DNA from: Schizochytrium sp. TIO01
Taxonomy: Eukaryota; Protista; Bigyra: Labyrinthulomycetes
DNA: 64,000 bases
NCBI GenBank assembly: GCA_004764695.1
Contig: SMSO01000032.1
Span: 3,566,483-3,630,482 of the forward strand
Direction: 5' to 3'
Shown: piece after piece, positions 32,501 through 43,215 of the stretch
Numbering within the stretch: the first letter of the stretch is position 1
How the letters are laid out: each line of letters starts with the position of its first letter
Notes under the pieces: model-generated
Seen by the model: only the letters and a program-made list of their open reading frames with translations
What the model was told of the DNA's origin: nothing
The model's database searches: none
Made by a program: the position numbers and the translations under genes

Positions 32501-34653
32501 AACTGTTTTCATCGATTGGAAAAGCAATGCAAAGGCAGAAAAGACTGCCGAGAATCTATAACGTCTGCCTTTCATATTAAACGAGGCAGACCAGGCAGAT
32601 CATCTCACAAGAGTCTGTTATGTAAAACAAGAGGTCGTCGTCTGCGAAGGGAGGACGATTGCTGGTGGAGAAGTTAGTATGGTAGCAGGCATTTGTCAAT
32701 CTTTGTCCCGATGAGCCAGCCAGCTTATGGATACACATTCACACGTCGCCAGCGGAAGATGAAAGTCGCGAGAAACAATGATCAATAATCAGCCATCAAA
32801 GTGCTAGCAAACTCGAAGAAGTCTAAGAGAACATACCTTTTGGAAGACACTGCTTTTCCAGCGTGATATTTATATGCCTGCAGTGAACCAACCTTTCGAA
32901 AGATTGAAATGGCAAGTAGGCTCCAACGATTGCTACCCTCCAGATCAACTGCCAGCCTCAAGAAGAGAGCAACAACCTTGCGGTGATTCCAATCTATCGC
33001 CAGCTTAGATATCAGCAAAGCAAGGCTGAGCTTTTCTGGGAACTGGACGATGATTCACGCCTTGTGCGTCTATCTATTGAGGCTATATTAAAATTAAAAA
33101 CATAGTTGTTATAACAATAACAAAATAGATATAGGTAGAGGCATATAATTCTTTTAATTATTGTCTCAGTGCACACTTTTAGATTCTTGACCTACCGAGG
33201 GGGGCATAAAACAACTTCAAGTTTATATGGCTATAACGGACTCACACTTGACCAACCTGAGTTGCAAACTGGAGGGTTCTAGGAAAGAAGCACGTCCTCA
33301 AAAACTCAAACTTGGTCTATAAACAGGGTGTCTACGTAGGTATCTGCGAGAAGAGTCAAGAAATGGTAATCCTGTCGCTCGGATTGCATCGTTGGTGGGT
33401 GGACGGCGAGGGTGATGATTACCTTGCAATATGTGCACGTGTGTACACCTGCTCCTGAAAATGGTCTATGGAAATAAGGTTGTGAGGCATTTCGGTGCAC
33501 ACCTGCACGCGGCGCTCATCTTCATCGAATAAATAAGATAAGTACTACTATGCCTCGAAGCGCAAAATCTTCGTGGACTTGGAAGTGGGTGAACATCATG
33601 ATCATTTTTCTTCAAATTACAGTTTGGCGACTCTTCCAGCAAGTAAATTGCTCTTTTTCAAATAGAAGCGCTGATAGGACATGCAGCGGATCGATGGGCA
33701 GCATCGACATCTAAAACATTTTGTCTGTTCTCTGGAGGTCTTTTGAGTTCTCCTTTTTATAAATTTACTATTCTATTCTATTCATAATTCTAGAATGGAG
33801 AAGAGTCACCTGATCGTTTTGCACATGCCGCTAAGAAACTGGGGTTGTAGTATACTTCACGGAATAAATCTAGTTGCTATGACAAAAACTCCAGTCGTAA
33901 ACTCCAATATAATTGTCATGAAAGTAATGATTTGGAGGTATCAGAAACCTCCAACTGGTGGCCATGGCATGAGTCTATTCAGATAAAACAGTTTTGTTTA
34001 TGTTTATGTTTTTGCTTTTCAAGGATAGCGGCGAAGGTTTGATTATGTTTCTTCTTTGATAGTTTCTTTTAAAGGGACTAAGGACCTCAGTTGGACTTCT
34101 CGACTTCCTCATGGTCATCATCTTAACATGCAGGATGAACATATCAAGTTTGTACAATTTACAAGAAGATATTTATCAGGATCATCCGTGAGTAGTAAAT
34201 TGATCTAGACTGCATGTAGAGAACATGCCAACGTGTGTATTGATTTTTTATTTTTTTTAAGAGCCCTAATTATAGCTGAAATTTGACATGTCTTTTAGTT
34301 CGACGATGTGCGCCCTGAGGCGAACGAAATGCGGCTCCGTCCGAAAGTCAAGCTCATTGCTTCTGAATCTAGACTTAATTATTCGATCGATCAACAATCG
34401 AAATCGAAGCTAAATCCACGCTACTCAAGGAACTTAAACTCCTGTTCACCCTGAAATTCTGCAGCTGTGAAGAGTCAATGCTCTTTGAATTAAACAGAAA
34501 AAAGAAAAGAAGGTTTCTCCTTTCAGCATTTGTTCTTTCGGGGAGTTTATTTATTTATTTTAATAATTAAACGTTCTTTTTTAATTTAACATTGAAAAGT
34601 TAGTTATTTTTATTATTTTTTAATTTTAAAAAAAAAACGTTTTAAAAACTAGC

Positions 34654-34686
<33 letters not shown>

Positions 34687-36406
34687 ATTACTTTGGTTTG
34701 ATTTGATTTATTAATTCTTAAGTGGCCAAAAAATCTTAGTTTAAATTAGAAACGTTCTGCTCTTTACATCTACATATATTTAATAACAAAAATAAATTGA
34801 ACACCTAAGCAGATTTGTCTGCCGCAGAATAGTTAGTTACTTCTCTTAATCCTCTCAAACATAAGAATACAGGGCTGAACAAGAGTTCTTTGACTACAAC
34901 TTCTGTGAAAAGCGCGTTCTCTGTCTAGAACGCCAGGCCTCCAGCGCTCGACGACTAGCTGCGCTCAAGAAGCTCCATCAGTCGATTCACTCGCTCGAAG
35001 CTAGCGAGCCAGCCGTTCATCCAGCCAGCAATAAATACGCTATAGGTGGGCCCACTCTGTCCGAGAACATCGCCACCACTGTGGCGGTTTCCTGACCCTG
35101 AAAACGGAGACCTTGAAAGTTGTGAGAAATTGCCCCGAAGGTCGTTCAATGTGATCTCGATTGCAGCGCCTGCCGCTCCTGTGATGGAACCGATGCGCAA
35201 TACACAGGAAGACTGCTCGTCGCAGCGAAGTGGAGGCTTCCTGGTCGAGTGGTGGCGGACGAACGCTCGTGCAGCGAGCGAGATTTACTGGAGCGGGCTT
35301 CCAAAGAACTTGTAAGGCGAGCAACATGAGTGTATTGACGATATTGACAAAGAGTGACGCAAAAAACAAGTGCGTAGCACTGAGCAGCACTTGCCAGCGC
35401 GTGAATTCTCGAGACTTGGACGTTGTACGTCATGTTGCGAATAGTTCTGCGATTGCAAAGGCAAGTCGCGAGTCCTGGCGCGCCGATCTTTGATCCCAGC
35501 ACAGGAAACCCACTTTACTCTGATATTATGAGATGAGTCGAAAGCGTTTGCTGACTTCTCTGTACAAAGACGTACGCCCGAGCATGCATTTATCTTCGGT
35601 TTTTGATTGTTTTGTTTTGTTTTTCTCAATTAAAATATGTGTTCCAAAAGACACAAAATTAAGATAAAGTGAGACAATCAAGACAATTACTATTATATAT
35701 ACATATAGAAAGAAGAGCCATCATAATACATCAAAGCGATCCAGCAGCCTTAAGAGCACGCTTACCTTCAAATTGACATACTCTCTCTGTTTCTTGAGTC
35801 TCACATCATTCTTTATGTGGGTCCACTGCGGCACCCAGTTCGCAGTCAGTGGAGAGCTAGCCTATTTATCATTCGTACCTGCCTACCTACACCACGAGAT
35901 TTTGTGAGTAGGGAAACTAACTTCTCGGCGATATCAATATTTGCAGTCCAGCTGAGAAGCCTTTCAATTTATTTATTAAAATTGTAAGACCATCATGAAG
36001 TAAGAAAGCAAGTGACACATATTCTCATCGCTTGAGTGAGGCGTAAACTACATTGTGCTCACAGAAAAACTAGCTCGTCCCGAGAAACACCCCACTGAGA
36101 GTAGTTAAGCATCAGAAAGCTTCGAACAAATACACACCCGAGCCTTGTGCAGACGGTTAGAAAACCTTTAAAATTTAATAAGTCACGATGACTGATGATT
36201 GATACACGACCTTGATATTTGTAGGTAAACAACACGTTTGTCCAAAAGAATGTAGAACAATTTACTTACACAAGGTTAACCATTTAGAGAACAGTCTTCA
36301 AACCGAACTCGCATGTGATGATAATAAGGCATGGCCTTGTCCCACTCAAAAAGACGACCAACCATGCACAATTGATGAAGGCAGATAAAGCAACTCAAAA
36401 TGAGAG

Positions 36407-37744
36407 CTATGACGACATTCCGTAACGCAGAGGGCCGGTCTGATCAACACCAGCCTCCGTGATTCGAAACTTTTGCGAAGCATCCATCAGATGCGGAGCT
36501 TTCTTCAGCGTTGCACAGCGCTCTTCATCGTCACCAAGAAGTTCGAAAACCACGCGCACGTTCACAGCATGGGCCCAGGTATTGCCAAGGGCTGCCATGA
36601 CATGCACACGTGGCTGACCCTCACGGGTCGCCCCAAATTCATCCACATCATCTTCATGACCATCTGACTTATTATATCGGCTTGAGGATGTAGATGCATC
36701 CCATCGATCGTGATCCTGGATTCCAAAAACATCAGAAGATGATACAGCATCAACAGCTCGATCCTCTGTATTTGCACGACTGTTTGTAACTTGATTAGTC
36801 ACGAGTGTAGCCGCCTGGCAAGTTTCCCCCAACATCTTTAAGCGCGCGGCAAGACGCATGAGCGTCTGAGCACTGTACGCAGCGCCAGCCTTCGTTCCTG
36901 AACGCTCGACAAGAGCGGCAACGGAGTCTACAAGGATGAGTGCTAAGTCTTTCTTTGCTGCGAGATTCTCCACTTCGCGCAAATCAGCTTCCAGCTCCGT
37001 AGAATTCCTGGGAGAGAATACTGTAATTTTCTTGGCAAGATCATATGCCCGGTGAGACCCGAATCTCGCTCCAATAATGTCACTTGTGCGCTGTGCTGAA
37101 AACTTATTCTCCGTGTCAATATATGCTACCCCGCGTCCAGTTTGGGCCACGACTTCAACGGCCGTTGTTATACAAAACTGAGTTTTTCCAGCACCAGCAC
37201 GGCCAACGATTTCGACAAGATGCCCAGGAAGCAGCTGCACTAATTCCAATGATGTTTTCACGCTTAGGTCGCCCTCAAGACGTTGTTCTGGGTCTCGCGA
37301 GGAATCACGAGTTTGTGGGTCCTGATTATCCTGTGAGCTCTGAGGCTTTTGGCGTTGCCAAATAGAAGCCGCAGACTCAACAGAAGGGACACATGCGCTT
37401 GCAACAGCTTGCAATATATTCCTGGCCTCAACCCAACCTACATCCAGCATACTCATGATCTGTACTTCGGAAAGGCTCATGGCATCCAACGCAGTGACGA
37501 CCTCGGCCTCGCTCTTGATCGTTTTTCCTGGAGCTTTTGATGAGTTCCAGTTCTGGTAATTATTTTCTTGCATCCGTTCGCGTCGTACGGCAGCTTCTTG
37601 AGATAATTTTGAGGCTAGGGCGCCCACGCGGTCCGCCAGAATCTCGATGTTACCCTCCATGACGCCCCATCCAGCCTCGGGTCCAGGTATGTCGCCACGA
37701 AGCCTTCTCACGACAACCTCCAGAGGAATGCTGGAATCAGCCAT
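36407..37744 (-). CDS. RAD51B: RAD51 paralog, RAD51B-like
   Basis: Walker A GRAGAGKTQ, YIDTENKFS, Walker B LILVDSVAAL, LVTNQVT, and AALGNTWAHAVNVR (typical of RAD51B); N-terminal HhH-like segment. Confidence 0.85.
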   Translation of the reverse strand: MADSSIPLEVVVRRLRGDIPGPEAGWGVMEGNIEILADRVGALASKLSQEAAVRRERMQENNYQNWNSSKAPGKTIKSEAEVVTALDAMSLSEVQIMSMLDVGWVEARNILQAVASACVPSVESAASIWQRQKPQSSQDNQDPQTRDSSRDPEQRLEGDLSVKTSLELVQLLPGHLVEIVGRAGAGKTQFCITTAVEVVAQTGRGVAYIDTENKFSAQRTSDIIGARFGSHRAYDLAKKITVFSPRNSTELEADLREVENLAAKKDLALILVDSVAALVERSGTKAGAAYSAQTLMRLAARLKMLGETCQAATLVTNQVTNSRANTEDRAVDAVSSSDVFGIQDHDRWDASTSSSRYNKSDGHEDDVDEFGATREGQPRVHVMAALGNTWAHAVNVRVVFELLGDDEERCATLKKAPHLMDASQKFRITEAGVDQTGPLRYGMSS

Positions 37745-38539
37745 CTCGAGATATTGCTACCCTTCGATGCCTCCAGCTCAATCTTTCAGGGCGCTGGCAA
37801 TACTGGAATGGTTCCGGATTTGCGTTTTGCAACTCAACCATCGTTGTCTCGTACTAAGTCCCCTTTCTATGGCCTAGATAGGTACTTTGGCATATAGGTA
37901 CTAAGGACTTCGAGGAATCATATACTTGCCTCATTGTTGAAGAGTTAGACGACGCGAAATACAAGAGCTTCTAGATCTTCGAACGTGCTCTTCCCTTGAG
38001 AATCCACGCAATAAGCCCTGGACTATTAATTCTCATCTTCTGTTCGAGTTTTCTCGTTTGCAATTTTAGGATGCAAGTTAGTCTCCGCCGACTCGGAGTC
38101 GATCTCTTCACCTTGCCATACCGTCGCTAAACGACGAAAAGCGTCTTATAAGAGGAACAAATCAAAGCCAGTCCATTGCGTATCACTCGAAGCGAGCGTA
38201 AGGTTATTTATGGCTGTCAACTTTGATTTGACTCTTCCACGTTGTTTGATCTTGCTTTACTCGATCAAATTAAGCCCCAAACTTTTCCATCGTTTGCATT
38301 CTGATTTGGCTCTTGTGAAGAAAAAGAACACATCCAGCAATTACATGCAAATATAGCTTGATTGGCTTAGCACCTCTGCTACTGTGTTCTTTCGGAAACG
38401 CCATTAAAGAACGCGAAACCTCACTCTTTCGTCACAAGGCAAACCCGAATCGCGTGCGGGAGCTCTCCGGCTTGCTTCCGTAGTCCAAGTCCTCCAGTTC
38501 GCGATTCCCAGGTCACGTTTTGAAGCGCGTGGAGCCTCT

Positions 38540-39898
38540 ATGTATCGCCCTGTGGAGTCTCCTGCGCCGGCATCTTGGGCAAGCCACAATGCAGCACGCT
38601 ATTCTGGGCAACCTCGCTTCTTCGACCGCGAGGGCCCTCTCGGCGTACGTAGAAAGTCCTGGGCGCTTGTTCTAGCCTCTCTGGCGTTTGTGGTACTCCT
38701 GGCAACACAGATCCGGTCTAAATCTGCGTCATCAACAACTTCGTATTCTTCAACCTCTTCGTCTTTTAGTGCAGACAGTTCATGGTCATCAAAGACCTCA
38801 ACCTCAAAGTTTTTGAGTGCAGATCCCGGGTTGGGAGAGCAATTGGCGCAAGTCCCGTGTAGCTCAAGCCGTGGCAAGGATCCTTATTTAGTGAAGGCGC
38901 CCAGTGCCAGTTTTGTGGAGTTCTTTGCGCTTGGAGATTGGGGTTTGGACACGGATTCGAACCATCAAGACGGCCCTCGTGTGGATTGGGATGTCCAGCT
39001 CATGCAAGCACTGGCTGACCAAATGAACTCGCGGATCGAGGCTGGGGAAGGTCTATTTGTACTCAATGTTGGCGATAACTTTTACCAGTTTGGTGTTAAT
39101 GACGTGCAGGATGAGCGCTGGGAGACCACATTCGAGAACGTTTTTTCAACATCAAGGGTCGTCCCGTGGTACAGCATGTTGGGAAACCATGACTACTTTG
39201 GCAATGTTATCGATCTCGATAAGCCGCGTAGCGCAGGAATTGACGCACAAGTTGAGCGCACATTTTATTCCGAAAATAAGCGCTGGTGCATGCCAGAAAC
39301 CAACTACACTATTAATTACCAAGCACAAGACTTTGATCTCCGCCTTGTGGTATTTGATTCTCAGGCGCTTGTTCGCCTTGGACCCGACCAAGCCAGTGGG
39401 GCGTATGATACAAAGGCCTCTCCTGACATTGAGGACCACCTTGCGTGGCTCGAGCAGGCTGTTTGCGCCAAGGGTCGCCCAGGTCGCAAGACCGTCGTTG
39501 TTACTTCTGCTCACCACTTTATGATTTCTATTGGCCTTTACTTTAATCTGGCGCCGACGGATGAGGAGATTATGCAAAAACGCGTCATGCCCATCCTTCA
39601 AAAGTGTGGCGTTACTTTACATATCCATGGACATGACCACGTCACTCAGGTTCTTAAAATTGACGATGACCTTGTCCAGGTCGGCACTGGCTCTGCGGGA
39701 AAAACCAATGGTCAAATTCTTGCGTCGCAAGATGAGGTGGATAGCCTTTACCCTGACACTGATGTTCGTGTGCTTTACTCTAGCGCGCAGGCTGCATTTG
39801 CGAGAGTTAGGGTTGGCCTGAAACACTCGACCGTTGAGCTTATTAATGCAAAGGGTGAAACGTTGGGCGATGTAATCCAAGTCCCAACTAACTTATAA
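38540..39898 (+). CDS. Purple acid phosphatase / tartrate-resistant acid phosphatase-like metallophosphoesterase, N-terminally membrane-anchored
   Basis: Metal ligands GDWG, GDNFY, GNHD, AHH and HGHDH; hydrophobic anchor WALVLASLAFVVLLA followed by a Ser-rich stem. Confidence 0.92.
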   Translation: MYRPVESPAPASWASHNAARYSGQPRFFDREGPLGVRRKSWALVLASLAFVVLLATQIRSKSASSTTSYSSTSSSFSADSSWSSKTSTSKFLSADPGLGEQLAQVPCSSSRGKDPYLVKAPSASFVEFFALGDWGLDTDSNHQDGPRVDWDVQLMQALADQMNSRIEAGEGLFVLNVGDNFYQFGVNDVQDERWETTFENVFSTSRVVPWYSMLGNHDYFGNVIDLDKPRSAGIDAQVERTFYSENKRWCMPETNYTINYQAQDFDLRLVVFDSQALVRLGPDQASGAYDTKASPDIEDHLAWLEQAVCAKGRPGRKTVVVTSAHHFMISIGLYFNLAPTDEEIMQKRVMPILQKCGVTLHIHGHDHVTQVLKIDDDLVQVGTGSAGKTNGQILASQDEVDSLYPDTDVRVLYSSAQAAFARVRVGLKHSTVELINAKGETLGDVIQVPTNL

Positions 39899-41082
39899 TG
39901 AAACGAGGAAGTCAAGATACTAGTCATACTCAACAATTTCATGTAGTGACTATCCTAGGCGTGAAATGGTGATCTGAGAACCAAACAGGCAGTTATACAA
40001 GTATACTCCGAAGCTCTATGTTTCGTCATTATATCCCTCTGCTATCGTTAAATTTTTTGGTCTCCATGCTATGCCTAATTTTGCAACAGTCTCTAGAGGA
40101 AAATATCTCTCTTCCTATTTTTGTTTTTCGGAAAAGTGTTTTGCAAGTTTATACGGAGGTTCGTAAAAAGTTCATTAAACTTTTCAATTTGTCTCACAGA
40201 TCTCAATATCGACTGATCAATGACGATGAAGCTTTAATTCACCTTGAGCTGACTGATGAACTAAGTAACCAAACTTTAATCTCATCTTTCTTTCAAAGGT
40301 TTCAGGTAAAGCTATTTCTTATACCCAGCAAGCTCTACGCCTATCTTCTGTAGCCTTTTCACACAAAGAAGTTTGAGCGATTTCACATCGATTTTCATCA
40401 GCTTCTTGGTCTGCTACTTAGCGTGTTTTATAAAGCTGCTGAATGGATAGTTCTTTAGTGCCAAAAGCACTAAAATTTTGAAATTATCCTACTTCTAAAA
40501 ATGGCTATCCAACGGAAGAAAATATGATTTTTGTTTTACGAGATTCCTTCATGTGGTTCTGTGACAAAAGTGATATTCTTATAAATGCAATGGAAACCAC
40601 TTTGCGTGTTAAATGGCAGTTACCGAGAACGTACTAGTTGAAAACTACTCAGACTGATGTTCGTAGTGATTTAAAGAGAAGTATAAGTAAGAGAGAATAA
40701 ATTTGATACTTGAAGTTTAATTCAGAAGATTAGAAATTTGTCTACAGCTATCCATAAGAGGAGTAATCGACAAAACGATATAGTCACTGGAGCTTTGATA
40801 CATTTTTGCTCATGTGCTTGACAGGCCATACTGTTTGGATTACCTATGTGTCTTTATTGCTAGAATATTCTAGACAGGGAATAAGATGCACAGGAAGAGA
40901 AAAATGCAAAAGGTGTATATAGCTCGATTTTCTTCTTCTGCTTTCAAGAAGTCATCATTAATGGTCAACGCATGATCAGATGTACCTGGGTTCTTGTTTT
41001 TGTTGTTGTTAGTACACATTTAGGAAGGTGGTGGAGTGCACTTGTTCACACCACAAGGAGGTAGGTAGTATATATCGCAGAG

Positions 41083-42222
41083 CTATAACATTTCGCTCTG
41101 CTCCTCGGTAATTGAAGAAAGGTCGAACTCATCAACGGTAGGTTCTCGAACGAGACTAGCATCATCTTTCAGAGTCTTGGCATTCTGCTGATACAAGCGC
41201 AGGTAGAACCATGCTGTAAAGGTCCGCCGCAGAAGAATTTCTTCTTGGAGTTTTTTAAGTTGGACATCTAGGATATCATCCATCTCAGAGTCCTCATTGC
41301 ATTCTTCAAAAAGGTCGTCTGCCCATGTAGTCCCTGCATTTAAAATTCCAGCGTTGGGATCCTCCACATCGTACATGCCTTGCTCTAAAAATGTCCCGAC
41401 AGCAACACTGCGACGCTTGCGGATGAGATCCTCACGGTCGACCTTTTCGCGGGCATTGAAAGTCTTGCTTAGGTGTTGGTCATAGGCTTGAGAAATGGCC
41501 GTAACCCAAGAGTGCTTGTCCTCAGGTGAGGATGCTGACATAATAAAAGTACGTGTTTCTAAATACATGCAAAACAGGTTTTTGTGTTGGCGCCCCACAT
41601 GTAAGACACGAGCCATGCCATCCGGTACGTCGTTCACCACACGACCGCCCTCATATTGGACATCCCGGAAGGGAATAACGCCTAACGGCTGCTCAAAGTC
41701 CCGAAACTTGCGCTTGCTCACATAGTAGGCGAGGCCCCGTGTAGTGAGGACAAAATAGCGGGTATGCCAAGTTTTAAATGTTTGTCCTTGTTTCTCAAGC
41801 CTTCCTTCTTTGTAAATACGGGGTGCAAGTTTTCGTTGTGAAAACATGTAAGTCGCGTCGGCCAAAACACCTCTTTCCAAGACATGAGCAAACATTGCAT
41901 CAGCCGAGGTGGCCTGTTGTGGCGAGCCGCGAAATCTATTTTGCCAAATCATTTGATACATGTTATGGTGTTTGCTTGACTTGCTTGAAGCTCGTGAACG
42001 TCCATGCTTTCTCGCTAACGCAACAGTGGGTCTGTCCGAATCATCCTCGCCTTCCTCGTCTTCGTGTGTTGTGGATGATGTCCTTGTTTCTTGTGTTGTT
42101 TCTCCCGAGTCGAACTCATCATCCTCATCGTCAAACCTTAGACTTCTGCGGCTACCCAGGCTCGAAATGCTGCGTGCTAGCGACCTGCGCTTTCTTGCAA
42201 ACCAGTGCATACCTGTTGTCAT
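41083..42222 (-). CDS. PH-domain protein
   Basis: KEGRLEKQGQTFKTWHTRYFVL...LAYY...PLGVIP...RTFIMSASSPEDKHSWVTAI is a canonical PH domain with basic phosphoinositide-binding residues. Confidence 0.9.
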   Translation of the reverse strand: MTTGMHWFARKRRSLARSISSLGSRRSLRFDDEDDEFDSGETTQETRTSSTTHEDEEGEDDSDRPTVALARKHGRSRASSKSSKHHNMYQMIWQNRFRGSPQQATSADAMFAHVLERGVLADATYMFSQRKLAPRIYKEGRLEKQGQTFKTWHTRYFVLTTRGLAYYVSKRKFRDFEQPLGVIPFRDVQYEGGRVVNDVPDGMARVLHVGRQHKNLFCMYLETRTFIMSASSPEDKHSWVTAISQAYDQHLSKTFNAREKVDREDLIRKRRSVAVGTFLEQGMYDVEDPNAGILNAGTTWADDLFEECNEDSEMDDILDVQLKKLQEEILLRRTFTAWFYLRLYQQNAKTLKDDASLVREPTVDEFDLSSITEEQSEML

Positions 42223-43135
42223 CTTGCTCTAATGGTGATAGGATGAATCCCCTGCTGATTTGATTTGATTAGCAAGGCAGGCTTCTTTCCTTCAACTGTA
42301 TCGATACTCTCAGCAACGTGCACGTAGAGTTGTTCAATTGCTTCAGAATCCGTTCTATACAAGTTTTGCAACTTGCTATGCTCTACAGCACACCCAGATT
42401 TCGGATTGCAATAACAAAGCGTCAAATCAATACTATTCACTTTCCAGTTCTCACCGGTGAAAAAAAGGCACCGCGGTGCCACTGAAAGGAGACAGCAGCC
42501 GCAGCAGCAACAATAATCCCTCTTGGTGGAGAGGGAGGAGAGAAGTTCCACACTGATGTGTGCTATGTGCTACAAACGGGGGCTCGGCAACTTAAGGACC
42601 TTGCTGATCTATGATGCAAGAATCTCTAAATCGGGTGCACCTGTTGCAAGTTTTCAACTCTCGCGGCAAGAACAGCTCTATGGCTGGAAGGTATAAGCCC
42701 TCCCCCTGCAGCAGAATCCAGTGTCTGCAGCCGAGGCTGTTGTCTTGTGCCCGCGTCCTAGCAGAGGGTTTGCAGAGCTACACTGCGAGATGTGAAAAAT
42801 GGTGAGCGCGAGAGAGACTTTGATTGTGATTGAACGATTTCTAACTCAAGTGAACGAGTGATTGAAGGATGGATGGACAAGCAGACGGACGCACCACTGG
42901 CCTCTCTGCAACGCTCTTAAGGGGTACCCAGAGTCCTAAACTTGTGATACTTTTTCTTGTGCGTAGTGGCGCTGCTCCTCGCTCCTCAACCCTCCGTCAG
43001 CGGGAGGACGGCAGCGGACTGCTGGACTTTGCACAGAATGGATGCGCCAGAGCACTCATAAAGGGAATGCAAACTTACTATTATGCCAAAAGCACAACAA
43101 AAAGGATTAGGTAGTAGGTAGAATTTGGCACGTGA

Positions 43136-43215
43136 AAGAAAGAAAGAAAAGAAGAAAGAAAAGAAGAAAGAAAGAAAGAAAGAAAGAAAAGAAGAAAGAA
43201 AGAAAGAAAAGAAGA
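43136..43215. repeat. Purine-rich (AAAG)n-type microsatellite
   Basis: Directly visible in the sequence. Confidence 0.9.
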
